NCBI GenBank assembly: GCA_016291405.1
Contig: JAEEXG010000009.1
Span: forward strand, 23 to 64,022
Reading direction: 5' to 3'
Length of the DNA stretch: 64,000 nt
Source: Lachnospiraceae bacterium
GTDB lineage: Bacteria > Bacillota > Clostridia > Lachnospirales > Lachnospiraceae
Shown: piece by piece, positions 47,193 through 55,980 of the stretch
Layout of the letters: every line of letters begins with the position of its first letter
Numbering within the stretch: position 1 is the stretch's first letter
Made by a program: the position numbers and the translations under genes
The notes under the pieces: model-generated
The model's input: the letters and a program-made list of their open reading frames with translations, nothing else
Database searches by the model: none
Told to the model about the DNA's origin: nothing

Positions 47193-48137
47193 ATGATAAA
47201 AACAATTAGGCAAGCGGGCTTTATTCTTTTGATAGTTGTGCTTTTTGTGGGCTGTGGAAAGCCTAAAAGCGAACCGTTGGAGAATACGCCTACAGAAATC
47301 GTTATTTCAGAGAATGTTCAGGATGTAAGTAGCAAAGAAGAGACTGATGTAGAGCCTTCCGTAGAGGAAGAAACAAAACTGAGTTCTTACAATCAAGCTG
47401 ATGATGGAACATGGGAGTACGGCGGATATAAATATAAGTACCGACTTGAAATCATCGGAAGAATGCCAAATGCGGCATGCGATACAAGAATTGTTTTTCT
47501 TAGTAACATCGAGGAAATCCCGTTTGACCGTGCGTGGAAGGCGGCCGGCCTAAGCAGTAACATGGACGACTATTTTTCTCCTGAAGAAGCAATGTGTATC
47601 GAGTGGGAGACAGTGACTGATTTAAATGGAAATTTGGATTATTCTTTGGTTACTGATTCTACGCTTAAAGAAAAAATCCTGGCGGATTATGAAGAAGCTT
47701 ATGAATACTGGTGGTGGTTTTTTGGCGGAGCACCTGTGAATTTTGACTACACTCTGGAAGAAGACAACAGTACCTATGTCAAATTCGATTATCCCGGTAT
47801 TGAGACAATGGACGACTTAAAAAAGTTTCTTAAAAAGCGCTTTTCCGACGAAATAATTCAGATAAAGCTTGAGGACAACATCTTAAGGGAGTTCGACGGC
47901 AAACTATATGCATTGGATGCCGGTCGCGGTTCCGATATAAGCATAGACCACGTTGATTATGTAGTTTATTATGATTCTGATAAAAATGAAGGAGAAATTA
48001 CCGCGCTAATATACAGACATGACTTTGATGAGAAGACTTACGAGACCTATCTCACAGGGGAAATAGACAAAGAATATATACAATTCACCATGGAAGATGA
48101 TGGAGCGGTATTCAACACATTTCCGACGATTTGGTAG
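47193..48137 (+). CDS. Lipoprotein, function unknown
   Basis: Signal peptide with lipobox (VLFVG-C); 314 aa. Confidence 0.6.
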   Translation: MIKTIRQAGFILLIVVLFVGCGKPKSEPLENTPTEIVISENVQDVSSKEETDVEPSVEEETKLSSYNQADDGTWEYGGYKYKYRLEIIGRMPNAACDTRIVFLSNIEEIPFDRAWKAAGLSSNMDDYFSPEEAMCIEWETVTDLNGNLDYSLVTDSTLKEKILADYEEAYEYWWWFFGGAPVNFDYTLEEDNSTYVKFDYPGIETMDDLKKFLKKRFSDEIIQIKLEDNILREFDGKLYALDAGRGSDISIDHVDYVVYYDSDKNEGEITALIYRHDFDEKTYETYLTGEIDKEYIQFTMEDDGAVFNTFPTIW

Positions 48138-48226
48138 ATTGACTTTTACCCACTATTAATTGAATTTTGTTATGATTTAAGATATGATAGTAGGGTATTT
48201 TTCCTTGAAAAATTGGAGGTAGTTAG

Positions 48227-49006
48227 ATGGTAGATTATACTGAAGGAACCGGTAAGCAGTATCATACAGGTGTCGGCCCAAGCGACATCGGTGAATATGT
48301 TATTATGCCGGGAGATCCCAAGAGATGCGAAAAGATTGCAAAGCATTTTGATGATGCAAAGCTTGTGGCTGATTCGCGTGAATATGTTACCTATACGGGA
48401 ACCTTACTCGGAACTAAGGTTTCTGTTACATCAACAGGTATCGGCGGCCCCAGCGCAGCAATTGCGATTGACGAGCTTTCAAAGTGCGGAGCGCATACTT
48501 TCATAAGAATCGGAACTTGCGGCGGTATGCAGGAAGAAGTTGAAGGCGGAGACGTGGTTATTGCCACAGGCGCTGTAAGAATGGAAGGAACGAGTAAGGA
48601 ATTTGCTCCTATCGAATATCCGGCAGTACCTGATTTTAACGTTACAAACGCTTTGGTTAAGGCTGCAAATACACTTAATTACAAGCACCATGTAGGTGTG
48701 GTGCAGTGTAAGGATTCTTTCTTTGGACAGCACGAACCCGAGATTATGCCTGTAAGCTACGAACTTGAGAACAAGTGGCAGGCATGGCTTAGAATGGGAT
48801 GCCTTGCTTCCGAAATGGAATCGGCTGCTTTGTTTATTGCAGGAAGCTTTTTAAGAGTACGAGTTGGTTCTTGCTTCCTTGTTGTGGCAAATCAGGAAAG
48901 AGCAAAGAAAGGCCTTCCCAATAAGCAGGTGCACGATACGGAATGTGCCATCTGTGTGGCGGTTGAAGCAATTAAAGAACTCATAAGACAAGATAAAAAT
49001 AAATAA
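48227..49006 (+). CDS. udp: Uridine phosphorylase (PNP/UDP family 1)
   Basis: [20 protein letters not shown] and EMESAAL motifs; 259 aa. Confidence 0.75.
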   Translation: MVDYTEGTGKQYHTGVGPSDIGEYVIMPGDPKRCEKIAKHFDDAKLVADSREYVTYTGTLLGTKVSVTSTGIGGPSAAIAIDELSKCGAHTFIRIGTCGGMQEEVEGGDVVIATGAVRMEGTSKEFAPIEYPAVPDFNVTNALVKAANTLNYKHHVGVVQCKDSFFGQHEPEIMPVSYELENKWQAWLRMGCLASEMESAALFIAGSFLRVRVGSCFLVVANQERAKKGLPNKQVHDTECAICVAVEAIKELIRQDKNK

Positions 49007-49020
49007 AGAATTAATTAAAA

Positions 49021-49047
49021 GGGAGTGCTGTTGCATTCCCTTTTTTT
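49021..49047 (+). terminator. Rho-independent terminator
   Basis: Stem GGGAGTGC / GCATTCCC followed by T7. Confidence 0.8.
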
Positions 49048-49088
49048 ACGCTATAATAAAAGCTACAAAACAAAATGAGGAAATAAAA

Positions 49089-49271
49089 ATGGCAAAATAC
49101 GGAACTTGTGATACGTGTGCAAATTACGTTTACGATGAAGAATATGATTGCTACGAATGCATGGTAAATATGGACGAAGACGACTACGGACGCTTGATGG
49201 CTGACTCAAGATTTCAATGCCCGTATTATACAGACGATGACGAATACAAGGTCGTAAGACATCAGATATAA
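49089..49271 (+). CDS. Small Cys-rich acidic protein (zinc-ribbon-like), hypothetical
   Basis: CDTC...CYEC...C pattern; 60 aa; GAGG RBS. Confidence 0.5.
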   Translation: MAKYGTCDTCANYVYDEEYDCYECMVNMDEDDYGRLMADSRFQCPYYTDDDEYKVVRHQI

Positions 49272-49281
49272 AGGAATAAAC

Positions 49282-50442
49282 ATGGCAGGAAAAACTCAGA
49301 AATCTAAGTGCCCCGTTTCTAATAAGTGCGGCGGCTGCGGATACATTGATTTACCTTATGAAGAACAGTTAAAGAAAAAGGAGGCCTATGTTTCGGGCCT
49401 CCTTAAGCCTTTTTGTAAGCTTGAAGGCATCACGGGGATGAAGAACCCCTACAACTACCGAAACAAGGTTTCGGCTGCCTTTGGGCTTGATAGATACAAG
49501 AATCCGATTTCGGGAATCTATGAAGAAAAGAGCCATAGAATCGTGCCCGTGGATTCATGCCTTTTGGAAGATAAAAAGGCCGATGAAATCATTTGCACCA
49601 TTAGAAGCTTACTTAAGTCATTTAAAATAAAAGTTTATGATGAAAACACAGGCTACGGCCTTCTTCGCCATGTGCTTGTGCGCGTGGGAAAGGCTACGGG
49701 AGAAATCATGGTGGTGCTTGTTACGGCGTCCCCCGTGTTTCCTTCAAAGCAAAACTTTTGTAAGGTGTTAAGAAGCAAACACCCGGAAATTACCACAATC
49801 GTGCAGGACATTAACTCTCGCACGGATTCTATGGTACTTGGTACAAGTAAAGAAAACGTACTCTACGGAAAAGGCTATATCGAAGATAAGCTTTGCGGTA
49901 AGACCTTTAGAATCAGTGCGCGTTCTTTTTACCAGATAAACCCTGCGCAGACTGAAGTTTTATACACTAAGGCAATTGAATTTGCAGGGCTTTCGGGGAA
50001 AGAAACCATCTTGGACGCCTATTCGGGAATCGGCACAATCGGAATGGTTGCATCCGATAAAGCAAAGACGGTTGTGAGCGTGGAGCTAAACAAAGACGCG
50101 GTTAAAGACGCTATTATAAACGCAAAGAAAAATGAGATTAAGAATATCCGTTTCTTTACGGCTGATGCGGGGGAATTTATGGAGCAGTTAGCTGCCGATA
50201 AAGAAAAGATTGACGTAGTTTTCATGGATCCTCCAAGAAACGGCTCCGATGAAAAGTTCTTAAAGTCTTTGCTTACATTAAAGCCTGATAGAATAGTCTA
50301 TATTTCCTGCGGTCCCGAGTCTTTGGCAAGGGATTTAAAGTTTTTGACTAAGGGCGGATACAAGGTTAGACATGCCGAGTGCGTGGATATGTTCCCGCAC
50401 ACGGAAAAGCATGTTGAAACCGTGGTTTCGCTTTCACGTTGA
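49282..50442 (+). CDS. rlmCD: 23S rRNA (uracil-5-)-methyltransferase, RumA/RlmCD family
   Basis: N-terminal Fe-S Cys cluster (CPVSNKCGGCG), SAM-binding DAYSGIGTIG and a catalytic-Cys region (YISCGP). Confidence 0.8.
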   Translation: MAGKTQKSKCPVSNKCGGCGYIDLPYEEQLKKKEAYVSGLLKPFCKLEGITGMKNPYNYRNKVSAAFGLDRYKNPISGIYEEKSHRIVPVDSCLLEDKKADEIICTIRSLLKSFKIKVYDENTGYGLLRHVLVRVGKATGEIMVVLVTASPVFPSKQNFCKVLRSKHPEITTIVQDINSRTDSMVLGTSKENVLYGKGYIEDKLCGKTFRISARSFYQINPAQTEVLYTKAIEFAGLSGKETILDAYSGIGTIGMVASDKAKTVVSVELNKDAVKDAIINAKKNEIKNIRFFTADAGEFMEQLAADKEKIDVVFMDPPRNGSDEKFLKSLLTLKPDRIVYISCGPESLARDLKFLTKGGYKVRHAECVDMFPHTEKHVETVVSLSR

Positions 50443-50489
50443 CCATGGCATTTTGATTATGGTAAAAGTTAATATGAGGGAGGGGTAAA

Positions 50490-51254
50490 ATGATAACAGA
50501 TTCTTTTGATGACAAATCATCGGCAAAGATCAACGTCACTAAGAGCGAAAACGCGGTGAAGGTCGATGCCGTAATCTTTACTTTTTCACATGTAATAGAA
50601 GAATATGTGGCTGAAAACTACGAGTGCGAAAAAGTCGGAGAACTTCATATGGCTCATGGAAAAAGCAATGTATATTGCTTTGAGCATGGTGGCCATAAAT
50701 TCGGCTTTTTCAGGACTTGGGTCGGTGCACCCGCATGTGTGGGAACAGTGGAGGAAATCCCTACCGTGCTTGATACAAAGAAGCTTATCTACTTTGGCGG
50801 AGCAGGTTGTCTTAACAAAGAAATTGCCCGTGGCAAGGTGATGGTTCCGACCGAGGCCTACAGAGATGAGGGCACATCTTATCATTATGCGCCTGCGGCT
50901 GACTACATAAAGATTAAAAATGCAGGCGTAGTGGCTTCTTTTATGGAAGAAAACAAGATTCCCTTTGTGCTTGGAAAGACCTGGACGACAGATGCTTTTT
51001 ACAGAGAAACGCTAAACAATTTTGAAAAGCATAAAGCGGACGGGTGCGTGTCAGTCGAAATGGAAGGCTCCGCAGTGCAGGCAGTATGCGACTTTAGAGG
51101 TCTTGACGTCTACATCTTCTATACCGGTGGCGACTTACTTGATGCACCCGAATGGACGATGAGAAAAGAAGAAGGTCAGATAAAGCACACTCAGCACGAT
51201 TCAGGCCATTTTGACATAGCGCTTGCTTTGGCGGAATATGTGGCAAAAATATAG
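50490..51254 (+). CDS. Nucleoside phosphorylase family protein (PNP/UDP family 1, specificity unknown)
   Basis: FGGAGCL and VEMEGSAV motifs; 254 aa. The stop codon directly abuts junction-motif copy A. Confidence 0.65.
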   Translation: MITDSFDDKSSAKINVTKSENAVKVDAVIFTFSHVIEEYVAENYECEKVGELHMAHGKSNVYCFEHGGHKFGFFRTWVGAPACVGTVEEIPTVLDTKKLIYFGGAGCLNKEIARGKVMVPTEAYRDEGTSYHYAPAADYIKIKNAGVVASFMEENKIPFVLGKTWTTDAFYRETLNNFEKHKADGCVSVEMEGSAVQAVCDFRGLDVYIFYTGGDLLDAPEWTMRKEEGQIKHTQHDSGHFDIALALAEYVAKI

Positions 51255-51282
51255 TGGCCCCGGGGACGGGGTTACAGGGCCA
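51255..51282 (+). repeat. Cassette-junction motif, copy A (divergent 3' half)
   Basis: TGGCCCCGGGGACGGGGTTACAGGGCCA. It has perfect 6-bp outer arms TGGCCC/GGGCCA and starts 1 nt after the TAG stop of the upstream gene. Confidence 0.8.
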
Positions 51283-51314
51283 AGATTTCGAAGTGGAGCA
51301 AATGGGGAGAGGCC

Positions 51315-52148
51315 ATGGTTAATCTTAGTAACTACACAAAAGCCAATTTTAATGAGTTTGATATTAATCTGGTTCAAAAAGAAGTTGATGGCGGAGAGAT
51401 AAGTAAGGAACAAATTGATTCAATAGGAAGCCATCCGGATGCTAAGTCGATTGTAATTTCAGGGCTTAAGCAGGATACTTTTGATTACTTTGTAAGTAAC
51501 TATGCAAGGCAATTCGAGGCAATTTCTTTTTGGAAGAATAAGTCAGTGTCGGATTTAAGCAGTCTTGCTAGCTTAACAGATGTAAAGTACATTAATTATT
51601 TCTTTAATCAAAAGGCGACATCATTGTGGGATATGAGCCGAAATGAAGGGTTCATAGGCCTTGGAATATATGATTTTAGCAAGCTCCATAACATAGAGGA
51701 TATTGTTTCTTCGCCCAATCTACAGCATTTTGCCATAGGCGATGAAGTATGGGCAAAGATGGAGTTAGATTCTTTAAAACCGATATCTGAGACGAATATC
51801 ACTCATTTTGAATGGAGTGGGAAAACAGTCAAAGACGGAAACTTTAAGTGCCTTTCAAATGGAAGAATATCTACATTAGATATAAATCCTACGCAGTTTA
51901 CGGTTGAAGAACTCACTGATTTGCTTGCCGCTTTTCCAGAAACTTTGCAGGGAACCATTACAAAGCCTTATGTAACAGGCGGAGTAGAAGACAGTACCGG
52001 CCATACATCATATTTCTTTCTTTGCAAAGGAAAGAAGACTTGTGTTGTGGGCAAAGATGATGAACGTTTTAAGAAATATCTGGATGACTTCGAACACCTG
52101 TTAAAAGAAAAGAGAAAACAGCTTTTTAGGGGAGACAATAAAAAGTGA
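51315..52148 (+). CDS. Hypothetical protein (possibly leucine-rich-repeat-like)
   Basis: GGGAGAGG RBS; 277 aa; irregular L/I-rich ~25-aa periodicity in the middle part. No firm family assignment. Confidence 0.5.
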   Translation: MVNLSNYTKANFNEFDINLVQKEVDGGEISKEQIDSIGSHPDAKSIVISGLKQDTFDYFVSNYARQFEAISFWKNKSVSDLSSLASLTDVKYINYFFNQKATSLWDMSRNEGFIGLGIYDFSKLHNIEDIVSSPNLQHFAIGDEVWAKMELDSLKPISETNITHFEWSGKTVKDGNFKCLSNGRISTLDINPTQFTVEELTDLLAAFPETLQGTITKPYVTGGVEDSTGHTSYFFLCKGKKTCVVGKDDERFKKYLDDFEHLLKEKRKQLFRGDNKK

Positions 52149-52807
52149 TTAGAGAGAAGAAAGCGTATTACTATATTCTATTTGACTTGGACGGGACCTT
52201 GACTGACTCAGGTCCGGGAATCATGAATGGCTTTGAATATGCCATAAAGAAGATGGGTAACGAGGTAACGGATAAGGCTCAGCTTAGGAAATTCGTAGGG
52301 CCTCCCCTTAAAGACTCATTCGGAAGAGTACTTGGATATTCTAAAGAAGATACGGACAAAGCAATTTCTTTGTACAGAGAGTACTATCACGAAAAGGGCG
52401 GTGTGCTTGAAAATGAAGTGTACGAAGGAGTTGAAAAGCTTCTTTCTGACTTGAAAGAAGCAGGGAAAAAGCTCATCGTTGCAACTTCAAAGGGAGCAAG
52501 GGGCACCAATACGGTGCTAGAGCATTTTGATTTAAGAAAGTACTTTGACTTTGTGGCGACGGCAGATGATGAACTTAGACCCAAGAAGGTTGACGTCATT
52601 AAATACGCTTTAGAAGAATGCGGAATTAAGGATAAATCCAAAGCCGTTATGGTAGGGGACAGGGAAAATGATATTCTGGCTGCAAATGAGGTCGGAATTG
52701 ACTCAATCGGGGTTCTTTACGGATACGGAGACGAAGCTGAACTTACGACAGCGGGGGCAACATACCTGGCAAAGAAAGCTTGGAATGTGAAGGAATTGGT
52801 AGAATGA
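52145..52807 (+). CDS. HAD-superfamily hydrolase (phosphoglycolate-phosphatase-like)
   Basis: Motif I FDLDGTLTDS, motif III K and GDRENDI. The GTG start overlaps the upstream stop (GTGA). Confidence 0.8.
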   Translation: MIREKKAYYYILFDLDGTLTDSGPGIMNGFEYAIKKMGNEVTDKAQLRKFVGPPLKDSFGRVLGYSKEDTDKAISLYREYYHEKGGVLENEVYEGVEKLLSDLKEAGKKLIVATSKGARGTNTVLEHFDLRKYFDFVATADDELRPKKVDVIKYALEECGIKDKSKAVMVGDRENDILAANEVGIDSIGVLYGYGDEAELTTAGATYLAKKAWNVKELVE

Positions 52808-53373
52808 ATCAAAACATAATCAGCGAAGCAATCAAATACATAGAAGGGCTGTTTAAAGAAAATGCTGACGGGCATGACGCGGCACATACCATGAGAGTGT
52901 ATAAAAACGCGGAGCGTTTGGCTGAATACTATCCTGAAAGTGATAAAGAAATAATCCTTCTTTCGGCGCTTCTACATGATGTTGACGATCATAAGCTTTT
53001 TGATACAAAGAACAATGAAAACGCGCGTAGATTTCTTGAAGATAATGGGGTAGAACCTGCTGACATCGAAAGAATCTGCACGATTATCAATGCGGTTTCT
53101 TTTAGCAAAAACAGGGGAAAGCGCCCTGAGACTATTGAAGGGCAAATCGTGCAGGATGCAGACAGGCTTGATGCCCTTGGTGCAATAGGGATTGCAAGGA
53201 CCTTTGCTTACGGCGGAAAGCACCAAAGAAGTTTGGATGAGTCGGTAAAGCATTTTTATGAAAAGTTGTTTCTTTTGAAGGATGAAATGAATACAAAAGA
53301 AGCAAAAGAAATGGCTGATGAGCGCCACAAATTTATGGAGGAATTTATAGAAGAATATAAAAAAGAAAAATGA
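52804..53373 (+). CDS. HD-domain phosphohydrolase
   Basis: H..LLHDVDDHK and QDADRLDALGA motifs. The ATG overlaps the upstream stop (ATGA). Confidence 0.8.
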   Translation: MNQNIISEAIKYIEGLFKENADGHDAAHTMRVYKNAERLAEYYPESDKEIILLSALLHDVDDHKLFDTKNNENARRFLEDNGVEPADIERICTIINAVSFSKNRGKRPETIEGQIVQDADRLDALGAIGIARTFAYGGKHQRSLDESVKHFYEKLFLLKDEMNTKEAKEMADERHKFMEEFIEEYKKEK

Positions 53374-53383
53374 GGAGGGTACT

Positions 53384-54091
53384 ATGAAGAAAGAGGAAAT
53401 GGTTTCAAAAATCAACGCAAAATTTGAGGAGCTGAAGGCTTCGCTTGAGGGAGATGATTTGGGAAAAATCAAAGAGCTTACCCTTGAGCTTCATGCGATG
53501 GTTCATCCTGCGGAGGTTTCGGGCGGGTCGGAAAAAACAGTTGCAGACTTTGTGCTTGATTACATGTTAGACGGAAATCAAAACGAGATTGTAAAGAGGG
53601 AGACCTGGGATACGGATTTACACTATGCAGGCTCAAAGACGGTGCCTATTTGCTGGCTTTTTTGGCACACTTACAGAATCGAGGATCTGGTAAGTAACAT
53701 ACTGATGGCAAACGGGCAGCAGATTTTTAACGATGAGTGGCAAAAGAAAATCGGTTCTTCTATCACAGATACAGGAAATGCCCTTGAATTAGATGAACTG
53801 ATTGCCTGGGCCAAAGATATAAATGCATCAGAACTTAAAAACTACATGATTACTGTTGGAAAGAATACTCGCAAGATTCTGGCCGGCTTATCACTTGATC
53901 AGATTAAATCTATGGTTCCCGAAGAATGGGTTATGAGAATCCTGGAAGAAGGGGGCGTAACCAATGATTTTCGCTCGGTTTGGCTTCTTGTTTTCTGGGG
54001 AAGACTCACTATGGGCGGCATGATTTTAACGCCCATGACATCACACCACATGATGCACCTTCCTGTGGTGTTTGACAAGATTTGGCCCTAG
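53384..54091 (+). CDS. DinB/YfiT-like four-helix-bundle protein (tentative)
   Basis: Spaced His residues (LHAMVHP, WHTYRIEDL, SHHMMH); 235 aa. The stop codon TAG lies inside junction motif B. Confidence 0.4.
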   Translation: MKKEEMVSKINAKFEELKASLEGDDLGKIKELTLELHAMVHPAEVSGGSEKTVADFVLDYMLDGNQNEIVKRETWDTDLHYAGSKTVPICWLFWHTYRIEDLVSNILMANGQQIFNDEWQKKIGSSITDTGNALELDELIAWAKDINASELKNYMITVGKNTRKILAGLSLDQIKSMVPEEWVMRILEEGGVTNDFRSVWLLVFWGRLTMGGMILTPMTSHHMMHLPVVFDKIWP

Positions 54092-54112
54092 GGGACGGGG
54101 CTAGCGGTCCAT
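54083..54112 (+). repeat. Cassette-junction motif, copy B
   Basis: TGGCCCTAGGGGACGGGGCTAGCGGTCCAT. Confidence 0.85.
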
Positions 54113-54145
54113 CTATATTTTAAAAGAGAGATTTGTGAGGGCAGA

Positions 54146-55012
54146 ATGAAATCTTTCATTAGACTAACAGATTTTACCAAAGATGAATTATTAGAGATAT
54201 TTAGTATTGCTGATTCAATAGAAAAGTATTCAGGATTTTTGTCAGGGAAAACGATAGTTATGTTTTTCCCTGCTTCGAGCATTAGGACGAGAGTTACTTT
54301 TGAAAAAGGTATCTACCTTCTTGGAGGCCAATCCATACTGTTTGATCCGACAACGTTAGAAAAGAAAGAAAATCTTAGGGATGTATGCGGATATCTTCAA
54401 AACTGGGCTGATGCAGTAATTGCCAGATATAGAGATATTGAATTGCTTGAAAAAATGGATAGTTATATGGGCATTCCGGTAATTAATGCTCTTACTGATG
54501 AAAATCATCCGTGCGAGATGATGGCTGATTTGTATGCGCTTTCAAAAAGAAGAAATGATTTTCTAAATGATGAATATCTATTTGTTGGTGCAGATGGAAA
54601 CATAGGCAGAGCATGGAGAGAAGCCGCTGAAGTTATGGGATTTTCAATAACACAGAGTTGCCCCGTAGAACATAAAATGTCCGGAGTAAAATTCGTGGAT
54701 TCTCTTTCGGATGCGATAGTTGGAAAAGATATCATATGCACTGACTCAATACCCGGTGAACTTGCAGTTGATTTTAACAGCTTTCAGGTTACAAAAGATA
54801 TTATGAAAAAGGCCAATACAGGAGCAGCATTGAATCCTTGTCCGCCATTTTATAGAAATGAAGAAGTTTCCGATGATGTAATTGATTCTGAATATTTTGT
54901 TGGATATGATTTCAAAAAAGACTTGCTGAGAATCCAGCAAGCAATATTGATTTTTTGTATGGAGAAGAGGGACCGCGTTTCTACAAATGATGGCTCTGGG
55001 GGACGGGGTTAG
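54146..55012 (+). CDS. Aspartate/ornithine carbamoyltransferase-family protein of unknown specificity
   Basis: Carbamoyl-phosphate motif SIRTR, HPCE (HPxQ-like) and NPCPP (HxLP-like). The canonical ornithine DxxxSMG loop is absent. The last 7 codons and the stop are supplied by junction motif C. Confidence 0.7.
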   Translation: MKSFIRLTDFTKDELLEIFSIADSIEKYSGFLSGKTIVMFFPASSIRTRVTFEKGIYLLGGQSILFDPTTLEKKENLRDVCGYLQNWADAVIARYRDIELLEKMDSYMGIPVINALTDENHPCEMMADLYALSKRRNDFLNDEYLFVGADGNIGRAWREAAEVMGFSITQSCPVEHKMSGVKFVDSLSDAIVGKDIICTDSIPGELAVDFNSFQVTKDIMKKANTGAALNPCPPFYRNEEVSDDVIDSEYFVGYDFKKDLLRIQQAILIFCMEKRDRVSTNDGSGGRG

Positions 55013-55020
55013 CGGTTCAT
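54991..55020 (+). repeat. Cassette-junction motif, copy C
   Basis: TGGCTCTGGGGGACGGGGTTAGCGGTTCAT. Confidence 0.85.
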
Positions 55021-55050
55021 TTTTAGGACAGGATTGATAGGAGACGTAGA

Positions 55051-55305
55051 ATGGGTTATACAGACAACAAAGTAAAGGTTACAGTTATAGAAAGTCATTG
55101 TCCAAAGTACAAAGCGGGAGATGTTATTCGCTTTAAAGGCAGTGAACTTGATAAAGAAAACAGTGACAATGTGTGCATGGTCGCAATGCAGGCGATATAT
55201 CCTTTTATTTACGCGTTTAGAAGAGGCGGCAATTTGAAAAATGGGCCTTATCAGTGTACAGATTGCGGCGAGACTGTAGTTTTTAATATTGAAGTTGAAT
55301 TATAA
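55051..55305 (+). CDS. Small Cys-containing protein (TIGR04076-like, tentative)
   Basis: 84 aa. The pattern CP.Y..GD....G.......C.VA..AI.P........G......C.DCG is reminiscent of that family. Confidence 0.45.
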   Translation: MGYTDNKVKVTVIESHCPKYKAGDVIRFKGSELDKENSDNVCMVAMQAIYPFIYAFRRGGNLKNGPYQCTDCGETVVFNIEVEL

Positions 55306-55328
55306 AATCGGAGTTTGTAGGTGGAAGA

Positions 55329-55931
55329 ATGAAAATCGGAGTTATCCAAGCAAGTTCACAAGCAGCTAAAAACCAAATGATATATGATGCTGTGTCGAAG
55401 TATGCTCCAAAGGGGGCCGAGGTTATTAATTTTGGCTGCAAAACAGAAGAAAAGGAAAAATACTCTTATATAGAGATTTCTATTCTAGTAGGGATTTTGT
55501 TAGCAAGTAAAGAAGTGGATTTTGTTGTCACAGGTTGTTCTTCCGGTCAGGGGATGATGCTTGCATGTAACAGCGTGCCGGGAGTCATTTGCGGATATGC
55601 CCCGACTCCACGGGATGCTTACTTGTTTGCACAGATTAACAACGGAAACGCAATTTCCGTTCCTCTTGGCGAAGACTATACATGGACAGGAATCGAAAAT
55701 CTAGAAAAAACAATGGAAGCTTTGTTTTCCGAACCATTTGGTCAGGGATATCCTAAGAGCGAAGCGGCAAGAAAACTTAAAGATACTGAAGAATTAAAGA
55801 AAATGCGAAGAATCGGACAAATCAGCTTCGAAGAATTCATTAGCAAGCTGGATACTTCCTTGATTGAGAAAATAAAGAAAAAGAAGGATGTAATGGCCCT
55901 GGGGGACGGGGTTAGCAGTTCATTTATGTAG
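55329..55931 (+). CDS. RpiB/LacA/LacB-family sugar-phosphate isomerase-like protein
   Basis: MKIGV.. N-terminus and VTGCSSGQGMMLACN active-site-like loop; 200 aa. It reads through junction motif D (..MALGDGVSSSFM*). Confidence 0.5.
   Translation: MKIGVIQASSQAAKNQMIYDAVSKYAPKGAEVINFGCKTEEKEKYSYIEISILVGILLASKEVDFVVTGCSSGQGMMLACNSVPGVICGYAPTPRDAYLFAQINNGNAISVPLGEDYTWTGIENLEKTMEALFSEPFGQGYPKSEAARKLKDTEELKKMRRIGQISFEEFISKLDTSLIEKIKKKKDVMALGDGVSSSFM
55894..55923 (+). repeat. Cassette-junction motif, copy D
   Basis: TGGCCCTGGGGGACGGGGTTAGCAGTTCAT. Confidence 0.85.
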
Positions 55932-55980
55932 GGCATAATTGAAGTCGAATCATAAAATCGACATATGTATGGGTGAGGTA

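Noticed and set aside
54991-55923. Junction motif as a conserved C-terminal peptide tag.
   Set aside because: Upstream ORFs enter the motif in three different frames, or stop before it. There is therefore no common encoded peptide.
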